Virus record (IMG/VR): IMGVR_UViG_3300037721_000093
Location: 1-52,179 of that record
Source of the DNA: a virus
Taxonomy: Duplodnaviria > Caudoviricetes
Direction: 5' to 3' (one strand)
DNA: 52,179 bases
The notes under the pieces are model-generated. The model ran no database searches. It was not told the origin of the DNA and saw nothing but the letters and a program-made list of their open reading frames with translations. The translations under genes and the position numbers were made by a program. Positions 18,475-27,829 of this stretch are shown in pieces. Within the stretch, counting starts at the first letter, position 1, and each line of letters starts with the position of its first letter.

Positions 18475-19109
18475 TTTTTTCGCCCTCAGAGTTTGACTCG
18501 CTCCGCGCGCTGGCGTTTCAGCCGGATTACGCTGGATACCGGCCCAACGTCAAAGAAATCCCGAACGGCGACGGCAAGGTCGACGCCGAGAAGCGCTTCT
18601 CGCACGTCGCGTCGAAGTACCTGCGGGGCGATTCGGATTCGCGGCTCTGGCAGGCGCTCTACCGATGCCACGACCGGGCGATGCAGGTCGCCAACCTGCT
18701 TGACTTGCCGTCGGAGTGGCGTCCGAACCTGAACGCCAGCGCGCTCCGGGTGCTCGAGTATCCTCCGGGCGCTGGGAGCGAGCGACACACGGACTTCGAT
18801 CTTTTCACGTTGCTGGCCTACCGCGATCCGCTGGAAGGCCTCGAGATCGAAGGTGATCCGCTCGCCCAGGAACGCCCGGAAGTCGAGCGCACCCTCCAGC
18901 AACTAGCGCCGGGCCTGCACTTCGGCGAGCTCGCGGAGTTCCTGCCCGAGCCAATCGCAGCCAACCCTCACTACGTTGACCCGATGAATCGCTGGCAGTT
19001 CAGCGCGGTATACTTCGCGCTTCCGCATCCGGAAACGAAGCTGCCCGACGGTCGGCTCGTCTCCGGGTGGCTCGCTGAGCGCATCGCGAGAAGCAGGGTT
19101 TACGCATGA
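18471..19109 (+). CDS. 2OG-Fe(II) oxygenase (IPNS-like pattern)
   Basis: LRVLEYPP, HTDFDLFTLL (HxD), GLEI, PHYV (distal His), SAVYFALP; GGAGG SD. Confidence 0.8.
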   Translation: MIFSPSEFDSLRALAFQPDYAGYRPNVKEIPNGDGKVDAEKRFSHVASKYLRGDSDSRLWQALYRCHDRAMQVANLLDLPSEWRPNLNASALRVLEYPPGAGSERHTDFDLFTLLAYRDPLEGLEIEGDPLAQERPEVERTLQQLAPGLHFGELAEFLPEPIAANPHYVDPMNRWQFSAVYFALPHPETKLPDGRLVSGWLAERIARSRVYA

Positions 19110-19231
19110 TCGCAGGTCACAGTCCGATCAAGCTCCGCGGCCTTCCCTGGCTCGTTTGCAAATGCTGCGGGCTGGTCTACTTGCGCAACGAAGCGACGGC
19201 TCGCGCCATCCGGGCAGGGTGTGAAAAATGA
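19106..19231 (+). CDS. 41-aa Cys/His peptide (below ORF track cutoff)
   Basis: Hand-translated MIAGHSPIKLRGLPWLVCKCCGLVYLRNEATARAIRAGCEK; ATGA overlaps at both ends. Confidence 0.6.
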   Translation: MIAGHSPIKLRGLPWLVCKCCGLVYLRNEATARAIRAGCEK

Positions 19232-20271
19232 AGCTCGTGTCCACGACGATCACGAATTCTCGAGCTGACGTCATCGGACCCATGCTCGAAGCGATCGCGC
19301 CGCACGTCGACGCTTGCGTCGTCATCGACACCGGAGCGACGGATGACACGATGAAAATCGCCGCCGAAGTCTGCGGGGCGAAGTTCCGGCCATGGCCTTA
19401 CAAGTGGCCAAATGACTTCGCACAGGCTCGAAACTTTGCGCTCGAGCTCGCGCGCGCCGCCGGCGCGGACTGGGCAATCCAGGCCGACACTGACGAAGTG
19501 TACGACTTCGGCGAAGTCGCCCCGCGCGATTTTCTGCCGTCGCTCGCGCCCGAAAAAGCTGTCGTCGTCATTCCGCATGTCTCGCGCGGCTTCGGCCAGC
19601 CGAGGTGCATCCGAACGTCCGCCGACGTCCGCTGGAACGAGCCGGTGCACGAGTATCTCGGCGGCTACGATCCTGTGAGGCAGTCCGCTCCGGCGCCGAG
19701 CGCCTGGAATTGGGCGACTGTTGACCGGCCCGGCGAAGACCTTGACGCGAAATATCGCGGCTACGTCAAGATCCTGGAAAAGCGAACACGAGAGCGTCCG
19801 GAAATCGCTCGGTCCTGGTACTACCTCGGCGACTCGTACTGCAACGTCCGGATGCACGCGAATGCGCTGGCGGCCTGGGATCGGCGCGTTCGAGTCCAGA
19901 AAGTCGAGCGCCTGCGGGGCTCCTACTGGGAAGCCGGCTGGGCGGCGTGGCGTGCGGCGGTTCTTCGGTATGAGCTCGGCAAGCCACTAGAGGCGCTGGC
20001 GACCTGCAAGCGCGGACTTGAAGTCGTGCCGCACATGATTGAGCTCGCCTGGTTTTCAGGCTGGCTGGAGTATCAAGGCGGCAACTTCGCTCAGGCACTC
20101 TACTGGGCAAATCATGCTCTCGCGCTACCGCTGATCGATCGTCAAGGCGGATTTTCATACGCCCGGGCGCACCGGACTTTGCCGCTGGAGCTGAAACGTT
20201 GGGCCGAGCATCAGATTACAGCTGGCGCGGCGCCGGGGCGAGATGCTACGTCAAACGAGTGTCAGCCCTGA
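19228..20271 (+). CDS. GT2 (GT-A) glycosyltransferase with C-terminal TPR repeats
   Basis: VVIDTGATDDT, W.NDFAQARNFAL, DTDE, W..PVHE; TPR-like RSWYYLGDSY, LYWANHAL. Confidence 0.88.
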   Translation: MKLVSTTITNSRADVIGPMLEAIAPHVDACVVIDTGATDDTMKIAAEVCGAKFRPWPYKWPNDFAQARNFALELARAAGADWAIQADTDEVYDFGEVAPRDFLPSLAPEKAVVVIPHVSRGFGQPRCIRTSADVRWNEPVHEYLGGYDPVRQSAPAPSAWNWATVDRPGEDLDAKYRGYVKILEKRTRERPEIARSWYYLGDSYCNVRMHANALAAWDRRVRVQKVERLRGSYWEAGWAAWRAAVLRYELGKPLEALATCKRGLEVVPHMIELAWFSGWLEYQGGNFAQALYWANHALALPLIDRQGGFSYARAHRTLPLELKRWAEHQITAGAAPGRDATSNECQP

Positions 20272-20546
20272 TATTTTATACCGCCGTTGTGATGTTTTTT
20301 ACGGCGTTCATTCGCGCGTGCCTGGGATGGCGACGCGCTCACACCCGCGCCATTGAAGCTGATGCTCGGCGCGCTGTTGCCGAGGCTGCGCATGGCGACC
20401 TTTGCCGCGCAGTCTTTGCCGGACAGCCAAACGTAACTGATTCGCGCGTCAGGCTTGTGCAGTTGAGCCCGCAATCGATCGTTGACGCCTATCGATCAGG
20501 CACACTTCCGCGGCTCAAATTGCTCGACGAGCGCGGGCGCGGCTAA
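20259..20546 (+). CDS. Membrane-anchored hypothetical protein
   Basis: N-terminal TM segment; last gene of the rightward operon. Confidence 0.5.
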   Translation: MSALIFYTAVVMFFTAFIRACLGWRRAHTRAIEADARRAVAEAAHGDLCRAVFAGQPNVTDSRVRLVQLSPQSIVDAYRSGTLPRLKLLDERGRG

Positions 20547-20909
20547 TTGCCAGCCGAGCGCGCGGCGCAGTTCAGCGGTCGGATAGTGAATCTTCACCGC
20601 AGTGTCGCCGCGCTTGCCTCGGTCAAACAGCCAGACAATCTCTCGTCGGTAGGCCAGCTTTTTCAGCTGGTAGTGCGCGAGTTGCCGCGAGAGCCCGGTC
20701 GCATCGACGACATCGCGCACCGAGAGCGGGCCGTCGGCGACCCGCAAAAGAGCGAGTATCAATCTCTGATGGCGCTCGGAAGCGCCGCGATTCGGGCTGG
20801 CGTAGTTTGGTTTTCGCTTTTTGCTGGTCGGATTTTTCGCGCGTAGCTCGCGAATTTCGGACGATCGGATGGCTCGAGCCTGGGGCGGAAATTGAATCGG
20901 GTCGTTCAT
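20496..20909 (-). CDS. Winged-HTH DNA-binding protein
   Basis: ILALLR..GPLSVRDVVDATGLSRQLAHYQLKKL; own TTGACC..TGCTATCT promoter at 20917-20946. Confidence 0.7.
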   Translation of the reverse strand: MNDPIQFPPQARAIRSSEIRELRAKNPTSKKRKPNYASPNRGASERHQRLILALLRVADGPLSVRDVVDATGLSRQLAHYQLKKLAYRREIVWLFDRGKRGDTAVKIHYPTAELRRALGWQLAAPALVEQFEPRKCA

Positions 20910-21020
20910 GCGCGTGTAGATAGCAAGCGCCGCGCCGAACGGTCAAGTCCTGGAAATGTGGATCCGCGCGCCCGAAATTGGGACGCTTTGCCGCGGCCTT
21001 CTCGCCGCAGCCGCGGCGAA

Positions 21021-21326
21021 TCAGCGCAGTCGAGTTGACGCGATGCCGATCGGCCCGGTCGAGCCCGCCGCAACAGCGCGAGCGACAAGCTGTCGCGCTA
21101 GCGCCGTGGCGGCGTCAAAGTCACCGCCGTTGACATCGATTTTCACTTCAGCTTCGCCGCCGTCCGCATGAACGCGCCTAATAATCACTTGCGAAGGCGT
21201 CGGCGCGGGCGTCGCGATCGACTGAGCGACGGCTTCCGCCGCGAGCACGTCTAGCGCTTGCGCCGCCGTCAACTGTCGCGAGCCGACGGCTGCTTTCAGG
21301 TCTTCGAGAATTCTGCTCAGATCCAT
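21021..21326 (-). CDS. Hypothetical protein
   Basis: AAGGGGG SD; end of the late operon. Confidence 0.55.
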   Translation of the reverse strand: MDLSRILEDLKAAVGSRQLTAAQALDVLAAEAVAQSIATPAPTPSQVIIRRVHADGGEAEVKIDVNGGDFDAATALARQLVARAVAAGSTGPIGIASTRLR

Positions 21327-21341
21327 TTTCTTGCCCCCTTC

Positions 21342-22703
21342 TTACGGGTATGCTTCGATCACAATTTCCCCGCGGCCGCCCGCTCCGCCCGTTCCGCCCG
21401 TCGCCGTGCCGCCTGATCCGGAGCGCTGCGCGCCGCCGCCTCCGCCGCCGCCGCCACCTGGGATTCCGCCCGCGCCGCCTTCGCCGCCCGTGCCGCCGAA
21501 GTTCGCACCGCCGCCGCTCCCGCCGCCGCCGCCACCCCCGCCGCCGGAGTGATCACTTGTGTCAATTGAGTTCGCGCCATCAGTGCCGTCGCCGCCGGCC
21601 AACGTCGTTGAGCTCGAGCCGCCAGCACTGCCGCCGCCTGTCGTGAGGGGCAACTTCCCACTCGCTCCGCCGGCGCCGGCGCTCGTCGCGGTGCCAGTAT
21701 TTTGCCCGGATGCCCCGCCGCCGCCGCCGAACCTAGAGCTCCCGCCAGTAAAAGCGGTGGATGAGCCGCTGCCTCGGCCTGCTCCAGATGCTCCGCCGTA
21801 CCAGGCCTCTTGGCCGTTGGTATTTTCCGTTCCGGATTTTCCAGCGCCGCCAAAGCCGACGTTGTCTTGCGCCGTCGCGATGCAAGGTGCGCCGCCGACA
21901 ATCGAGTTTGCTCCTGCTCCGATGCCGTTCCCGCCGCGGCCGCCGCCGCTTCCGCCGTCATGCTCTGAAGACGAGTTCGCTCGACCGCCGCCGCCTGCGC
22001 CCGCGAAAAGAAACACGATGCCATTCGCGCCGATCATCGTTGTCGCGCTCGCGGGCATCCCGCCGATCGTGCCGGCGACGAGAGTGTCAGCGGCGTTGGT
22101 GCGCGATGCGCCCGCGCCGCCCGCGCCGCCCGCAGGGATCGTGAAAGTGATCGGAAGTCCTGCGATGATTTGAGCTCGAGAAATCAAGCGTTCGTCAAAA
22201 GCACCGCCGCCGGCGCCAGCGCCGCCAATTCCTGCGTTGACGCCGCCGCCAGCACTTCCGCCGCCGCCGCCGCCGCCCGGGCCGATGGCGACACCGCGAA
22301 ATAGATCGCCGTCGGGAACATCGTTTTCGTCCGTCCAGACTGTATCGGCCGTTATGACGGTGCGCGAATTGTAGCCATCATCCGTTCCGGTCGCCACCGC
22401 GAATATGCCAGTCGGGCCGGTCGGTCCCGTGCCGCCGGTCGGGCCGGTCGGTCCCGTGCTACCCGTGCCGCCGGTCGGGCCGGCTGCTCCAGCAGCGCCC
22501 GCCGGACCTTCCGGGCCCGTAGCTCCATCGATGCCCGCCGGGCCCGTAGCACCCGCAACTCCGGCGCCCGTCGCGCCGTCGGCGCCGCTCGGTCCGCGCG
22601 GACCCATGGGACCCGTCGAGCCGCGCTCGACGCGAATCCGCCGAGCCTCGATCACAGTCTCGACTTCGATCTCGCCGTTGATCGGGCGCCGTCGGAGAGT
22701 CAT
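21342..22703 (-). CDS. Collagen-like, glycine-rich tail fibre
   Basis: 23 Gly-X-Y triplets (12 with Thr at Y, one interruption), then a poly-Gly domain ending [14 protein letters not shown]. Confidence 0.8.
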   Translation of the reverse strand: MTLRRRPINGEIEVETVIEARRIRVERGSTGPMGPRGPSGADGATGAGVAGATGPAGIDGATGPEGPAGAAGAAGPTGGTGSTGPTGPTGGTGPTGPTGIFAVATGTDDGYNSRTVITADTVWTDENDVPDGDLFRGVAIGPGGGGGGGSAGGGVNAGIGGAGAGGGAFDERLISRAQIIAGLPITFTIPAGGAGGAGASRTNAADTLVAGTIGGMPASATTMIGANGIVFLFAGAGGGGRANSSSEHDGGSGGGRGGNGIGAGANSIVGGAPCIATAQDNVGFGGAGKSGTENTNGQEAWYGGASGAGRGSGSSTAFTGGSSRFGGGGGASGQNTGTATSAGAGGASGKLPLTTGGGSAGGSSSTTLAGGDGTDGANSIDTSDHSGGGGGGGGGSGGGANFGGTGGEGGAGGIPGGGGGGGGGAQRSGSGGTATGGTGGAGGRGEIVIEAYP

Positions 22704-22704
22704 T

Positions 22705-23307
22705 TCAGCGCGTCCCTTCCAGCGTACCGCTTTTTACGACCAGAACTTTGGCCGACCGGATGACGCCCGGCGGCGGGCTATCGCCGACCGGGAACGGAGT
22801 GCGCGCGAAGTTGAGGCCCGCCTTCAAGCGTCGGACGCAGCGGAAGCCGTTCTGGACGTTCGCTCCAAAGGTCATCACTTCGTCATCGTCGACGCCCGCG
22901 ACGAGCTCGATGTGACCGAAGCCGCCGCCCGTCGGGAACCACGCCAAGTCCCCGGGCTGGGGCGATTCCGTCGCGGGAAAGCGCCGTCCGAGTAGCACCG
23001 CGGACGCGATACGGACGCGCGGGACGGCAATCCAGCACGACGCCGCCGCCGCGCAGTAGGCGGCTGGGTAATTGATGCCGCATTCGGCCAGGTAATCTCG
23101 AATGATGCCGTCCGGGTCAACGTTCGCGCCCGTCTCGAGTACGCCAAGGTGCCGCTGAGCTCTGCGCACGGCCATCTGACGCTCGACCGGCTGGAGCGCC
23201 ATCGCCATCGCCCATTGGGTCTCGGGTCCGGCATGGCCGTCAATCGTCAGCGGGACGCCGAGATGATTGACGAGAGCGCGCTGGACGGCTCTGATCTCGG
23301 CGCTCAT
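22705..23307 (-). CDS. Endolysin: peptidoglycan-binding domain plus CHAP/NlpC-like peptidase
   Basis: [14 protein letters not shown]; AAYCAA (Cys), PQPGDL, GHIELV (His), GAN. Confidence 0.75.
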   Translation of the reverse strand: MSAEIRAVQRALVNHLGVPLTIDGHAGPETQWAMAMALQPVERQMAVRRAQRHLGVLETGANVDPDGIIRDYLAECGINYPAAYCAAAASCWIAVPRVRIASAVLLGRRFPATESPQPGDLAWFPTGGGFGHIELVAGVDDDEVMTFGANVQNGFRCVRRLKAGLNFARTPFPVGDSPPPGVIRSAKVLVVKSGTLEGTR

Positions 23308-23606
23308 ACGAAGATTGAGAGCAGCGCATCAATCAACTTACCGGCCTGTCCGGCATGCTGGGGGGCCAGCGCAGCGAGCGCGCCCGCGGCGACGGCGCCG
23401 AGCGTCCGAGCGGTCGCGAGCTTCTTCGAGCTCGTTACCGTTTGGCTCAGCACAGCTCGCACGTCCTTCGTCAGCAAGTCGACCTTACCTTCGAGCTGCC
23501 CGACGCGGCGCGCGAGCGACTGGGGCTCAGAGTCGACCACTTCGACGCGCTGCGAAGGCAGAGTCGACTCTTCAGGGACTTCATCATATCGTTGCATCGC
23601 AATCAC
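23304..23606 (-). CDS. Coiled-coil plus C-terminal hydrophobic protein (holin-like candidate)
   Basis: Directly upstream of the endolysin; GTGA/ATGA overlaps. Confidence 0.45.
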   Translation of the reverse strand: MIAMQRYDEVPEESTLPSQRVEVVDSEPQSLARRVGQLEGKVDLLTKDVRAVLSQTVTSSKKLATARTLGAVAAGALAALAPQHAGQAGKLIDALLSIFV

Positions 23607-24529
23607 ACTTCCAAAAAGGTATCGTTGTCGAGCACGTTCGCCAGCGTGTTTGAAACGAATAGAAATTGCCCTAGGCGATTCGTCACGGCTGACGCCGCGA
23701 GAGTTTCCAAACGAAAGCCGCAATTCAGCGCGACGGTCGGAATGCCCGTCGAGATCGTGGCAATGAGAGTGTTGTCGACGCGGAACTCATAAGTCCCTGC
23801 CGACGGCGAGTAGATCGTTAGTAGGTTGCCAACGGTGTCAGCCGGGACCGCAACAGCGCTCACTACGGGCGATCCGACGCTCGCGATGCGCGCGATGGCT
23901 TGATAATTCGGAGATACGGCCGAGTCATAGTAAATCCCGAGATTGTTCACCGCGGCGCTCGGCTCTTCGCTGAAGTCCGCTTGCAAGCCGAAGAAGAAGC
24001 GTTTCGTCGCTACCGACGAATTGAAATTCACCGCGGCTTGCAGCACTCCGACGTCGCCAGCGACCATGACGCCGCGCGCCTCGGTATCGCCCAGCACGAG
24101 TGAGCTTCTATGGCCGCTCGTGTTCGTCGTAACGAGACTGAATCGACTCGTGCTCGAGAGTCCAAATCCCGCGCGAGCAATGGCAGGTGTGCCAGTTCCG
24201 AGCAAGTTCCAGCCGAGAGCTCCGATGCCGACGGTCGCGCCAGCGCCGGGCCCGGTGCAGAATGCATCCTGCATCAGGACCTTGCGCGGGCGCGGCCGGA
24301 CTTGCAGCTGGTTGCTGGCGTTGACCGTCAATCCCAGGCCGCGGAGCATCGGCGCGAGCGCCGCCGCGTGCCCGGCTGACGGCGCGCCGAGCGTCACGAC
24401 AGTCCGAGTTCCGTCATCGGCGGCCGTGAATCCCGAGCCAAATTGGAGTTGCTTCCGGCGTGTCAGCGCCGTTCCTGCAGAGTTTAGGATCTCGCGGATC
24501 CCCTGAATTCCAGAAATCCAAGCCGGCAT
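23603..24529 (-). CDS. Tail fibre/receptor-binding protein, beta-rich
   Basis: Position after the baseplate genes; lectin-like composition resembling the next gene. Confidence 0.6.
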   Translation of the reverse strand: MPAWISGIQGIREILNSAGTALTRRKQLQFGSGFTAADDGTRTVVTLGAPSAGHAAALAPMLRGLGLTVNASNQLQVRPRPRKVLMQDAFCTGPGAGATVGIGALGWNLLGTGTPAIARAGFGLSSTSRFSLVTTNTSGHRSSLVLGDTEARGVMVAGDVGVLQAAVNFNSSVATKRFFFGLQADFSEEPSAAVNNLGIYYDSAVSPNYQAIARIASVGSPVVSAVAVPADTVGNLLTIYSPSAGTYEFRVDNTLIATISTGIPTVALNCGFRLETLAASAVTNRLGQFLFVSNTLANVLDNDTFLEV

Positions 24530-25377
24530 TAGAGCACCCGTCCCGTCAATTCAAAACGGCCGTGAACGAAGTCGACGAGCCAAGTGCGCGACGCGCCGGC
24601 CGCTGGAAAACCGAAGCGCATGACGAAAGCACAATCGGTCGTCATGGCGGGCAAGTCGCCCGCGTCGGCGACGACCGCCGCAGCGCCGTTGATCGAGAGC
24701 GAGACGACGCTCAAGCCGTCCGAAACCAAATCGAGCTGATACCAAGTATCCGCGACGACTGGCACGCCGGTATCGGTGAAAACTGCCGAAGCCCCGTCGT
24801 GCGCTCGCAAGCGCCAATTGGCGCTAACCGACGGCTGGAAGACTGCAGTAATCGCCGCACTCGACCCGCCGACGGCATGGGCTGAATCGTTGTCGAGCCC
24901 GATCTCGAAATTCATTCCCGACGCGATATTGCCGGTTCGGACGCGAACGGTCGAGCGACGGAAGCTAGCCATTTCGCCGAGCGTGTTTCCGACGCCGCTG
25001 ATGACGCCTTTACTGAGCAGATTTGAGCTGACGGTGCCGGCGGCGTGGTTGACTTCCAGAATTCCGAAAGTCGTTCCGTCGAGCAGCGTCGAGTTGCCAG
25101 AATTTGAGAACGTCGCAGCATTCGTACCGAAGAGCTGCCAAAGGGTGTCGGCTAGGAAGGTGCTGCTGCCCGCGGTCCCGCCTGAAACGAAGTCATCGAA
25201 GAACTCCGACCGCGCCCACGGCGCGTCATCAAAGCGCTGCTTCATGTACTCGACGCGGTCCGCGATCGGCTTGACCATTGCTTGCAGCGCGTCGCTGTTC
25301 GCATATTCGCCGTCGAGCGGGACTGGGATGACTGCGGTATATTCGGCGGTTACGCCGCTGGCGATATCAACTGGCAT
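24529..25377 (-). CDS. Tail fibre protein with lectin-like C-terminal domain
   Basis: N-terminal IADRVEYMK anchor-like motif; FFDDF, DTGVPVVADTWYQL. Confidence 0.65.
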   Translation of the reverse strand: MPVDIASGVTAEYTAVIPVPLDGEYANSDALQAMVKPIADRVEYMKQRFDDAPWARSEFFDDFVSGGTAGSSTFLADTLWQLFGTNAATFSNSGNSTLLDGTTFGILEVNHAAGTVSSNLLSKGVISGVGNTLGEMASFRRSTVRVRTGNIASGMNFEIGLDNDSAHAVGGSSAAITAVFQPSVSANWRLRAHDGASAVFTDTGVPVVADTWYQLDLVSDGLSVVSLSINGAAAVVADAGDLPAMTTDCAFVMRFGFPAAGASRTWLVDFVHGRFELTGRVL

Positions 25378-25383
25378 AGTTTC

Positions 25384-26679
25384 TCAGCTAAAATAGACCG
25401 GGTCGGGGTAGGTGCGGATCGAGCCGCGGATGCGAACCGTCCCGCTCGCGTCAGCAAGCGGAAAGTGATACTCCCAAGGAATCCACTGGATCGGCTTGTT
25501 GCGAGCGACGATCGATCGGAGCGTTCCGAAGTATTGCTCGCTCCCGCCGAAAGGTCCGAGCACGTCAAGCCCGACGCGATGCGCGCCCCAGGATAGTCCG
25601 GGTCCGATCAGGGGCGAGTTTTCAATTTGCACCTTGAAGCGAGACCAATATTGCAAAGGAACAAGCGTTAGCGAGCACGCCGCCCAGCGCGCCGCGTTCG
25701 CGAGCGTTGCCGTCCACGTCCCGCCGCTACCTGCCGCGGCTCTCGCTCCAGTCGTGACGCTCAGTCCGCCGCCGTTGCCCGTCGCCGAATTGTTGTCGCC
25801 GCGTTCGCTAATGCCCGCGAGCTCGGCGTTCGCTTGGCCTGAAATGTTCGCGCCCGACACATCTGCGCCGTTCGCGACGATCAGGATCATGAGGCTCTGG
25901 GGCAGCTCGGCGTTTGAAGCATCGCAACTAACAGCAGTGACGTCCGCGTCAGCCGACGTTGCGATCGAGGCGTCAATCGACGAGAGCTCCGCGCCGTTTA
26001 CAACGATGACTCGGCCCATCGTGTGATCGCCCGCGTCTTCGAGAGTGACGGTCGTCAATCCAAGCGACATTTCGCGCCAGAAAATCTGCAAGCGAGTGCC
26101 GTCGCCGCCCGGGGCGCCAACGCCAACCGAAACGATTTCGTCCCAACCCTCAGGCGCTGTGATCGGCTCGTTCGCCGTTTCGACCGCGAGCAAGAGAAGA
26201 TCGCCCGGGAGCGCTGCCGAAGTGATCGAGATGGCTTGCGACCCGGTCGCCGCGCCCATCGTGCCGGCCGTGACGACGACGGGCGTCAAGTCTTCGTCGC
26301 CCGGGACGATGACTGTCGCATCATAGCCCGCGCGCACGAGCTCGCTCTCAAGTGCCGCCTTCGCGCCGCCCGAGTAGTGGTCCCATTTTCGGCGGAGCTG
26401 CGTCACCAGCGACGCATGCGTCTCGCCCGGGTAGAGGGGCAAGTGCGCCTCTTGACCGAGCAGCTGGATTGCGGCGAGGGGTTGCTCGTCACCTTCGTCA
26501 GGTGTCCGGGGATTGACGTCGTAGAGCATGCGCGCGCGCACGAGCGTCGCGGTCGCCTCGACAATCATGTCGTTGATCGCGCCGAAGACGCATCCGATAA
26601 AGGCCTGGCCGTTCGGCCCGCTGAGGCGCGGGATTCCAAAACTTTCAATCAGTTCCAGCTGATTGGCCGGGTATGCCAC
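25384..26679 (-). CDS. Baseplate wedge/tail protein (Mu gp48-like slot) with inserted domain
   Basis: LLGQE..L..YPGET..L..LRRKW..GG; follows baseplate J. Confidence 0.6.
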   Translation of the reverse strand: MAYPANQLELIESFGIPRLSGPNGQAFIGCVFGAINDMIVEATATLVRARMLYDVNPRTPDEGDEQPLAAIQLLGQEAHLPLYPGETHASLVTQLRRKWDHYSGGAKAALESELVRAGYDATVIVPGDEDLTPVVVTAGTMGAATGSQAISITSAALPGDLLLLAVETANEPITAPEGWDEIVSVGVGAPGGDGTRLQIFWREMSLGLTTVTLEDAGDHTMGRVIVVNGAELSSIDASIATSADADVTAVSCDASNAELPQSLMILIVANGADVSGANISGQANAELAGISERGDNNSATGNGGGLSVTTGARAAAGSGGTWTATLANAARWAACSLTLVPLQYWSRFKVQIENSPLIGPGLSWGAHRVGLDVLGPFGGSEQYFGTLRSIVARNKPIQWIPWEYHFPLADASGTVRIRGSIRTYPDPVYFS

Positions 26680-26843
26680 CGGCTAACCGTAGCACAATCG
26701 GCCGGCTGCGGCTACCTTACTCGGCCAGCCCGGCGGCGAATCGGGCGACGTCGTTCGAGGCGCTGCTGGCCTGGGCGAAGAGCCTCTCGGCCCATTGGAT
26801 GCCCTCCCAGCGAGCCTTGCTCAGCGGTCGCCAGGTGGTGTGC

Positions 26844-27665
26844 TCAGTTAGGAGCGCTTCGGGCTGGATCGATTCGCTCTGGATTTCCGTCGTTCTCGTC
26901 GTCGCGTTCATACTCAGAGTGATCGGAAGTTTTGATGAAGTCGAGAGCGTCAATGCAGGTCTCGACGAGATTTTCGTAGGACGCAACAATACATGTATGC
27001 CGCCAAGCCGCTGCTTCGCCGTAGACATCCGACTCGGTCACCACGAGCGCGCCGCGTGCGATGGCCGGCGCGACGCGGAACGTCTCGAAGACGCCCGGCT
27101 CATAGTAATGCAGATTGAGCACGAGCTTTGATCTGGACTGCAGCGCTGCGAGCTCTGCACCGAAGACCGGTGCCGCGGGGCCGACGACACAGACTGACGC
27201 GCCGCGCTCTTTGAGCGCGTGAAGGACGCGGGCGCGGCGCGAGTTGATCGAGCCTGCGAAGAGCACATCGATCGGCGCCTCTGCGTCGCATGAGTCGTCT
27301 TTCGGCGGCTCGCAGCGCGGCGGAAGGGGAATGTCTCCGAAGCGCCGCGCGTTTGCGCGCGAGTAGTTCAACCATGGCCGACGAAGCGCTGCCCGAGCCC
27401 GCTCGCTCGGTTCGCGGTGCGGACCGTCGGCGAGAACGTTCTCCGTTTCGTACGGCATGACGTGCGGCGCGCGCGCCATCTTGCCCCAAGTCTCGGGACA
27501 CCGCGCGACGCCGAAGATGATCTCAGTGCGACCAGTCGCGGGCGCCCAGTCTGCTGGGGTAACGGTCCGGATAATGTCGCCCGGCTCGCTCAGGTAGGGA
27601 AGAGCATCGAGATAACACTCGTGCCAAGGGTGCGCGAGCACCGTCCAGACTCGAGCGCCGGTCAT
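26844..27665 (-). CDS. GT-B glycosyltransferase embedded in the baseplate module
   Basis: IDVLFAGSINSRRARVL, SKLVLNLHYY...FETFRV...GALVVTE. Confidence 0.8.
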   Translation of the reverse strand: MTGARVWTVLAHPWHECYLDALPYLSEPGDIIRTVTPADWAPATGRTEIIFGVARCPETWGKMARAPHVMPYETENVLADGPHREPSERARAALRRPWLNYSRANARRFGDIPLPPRCEPPKDDSCDAEAPIDVLFAGSINSRRARVLHALKERGASVCVVGPAAPVFGAELAALQSRSKLVLNLHYYEPGVFETFRVAPAIARGALVVTESDVYGEAAAWRHTCIVASYENLVETCIDALDFIKTSDHSEYERDDENDGNPERIDPARSAPN

Positions 27666-27829
27666 TCTTCGCCCCAAGCTGGATCGGGTAGGCTCGGCGG
27701 GGGGTCCTCATCAATGAAGTAGGTTGGGCCTTCGCCTGCGACCGGGATGGGCGAACCTTTCTCGTCAAAAAACAGCGCGTGCATTAAATTGTCAACGTTA
27801 CCGCGGTAAATTACAACCCGAAGCTTCAC
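27662..27829 (-). CDS. Small hypothetical protein
   Basis: GTGA and ATGA overlaps with neighbours. Confidence 0.5.
   Translation of the reverse strand: MKLRVVIYRGNVDNLMHALFFDEKGSPIPVAGEGPTYFIDEDPPPSLPDPAWGEE

Noticed and set aside
21331-22995. Pro-rich plus-strand ORFs
   Set aside because: Antisense shadows of the Gly-rich fibre gene
21342-26679. Diversity-generating retroelement or invertible fibre cassette
   Set aside because: No reverse transcriptase, invertase or template/variable repeat pair seen
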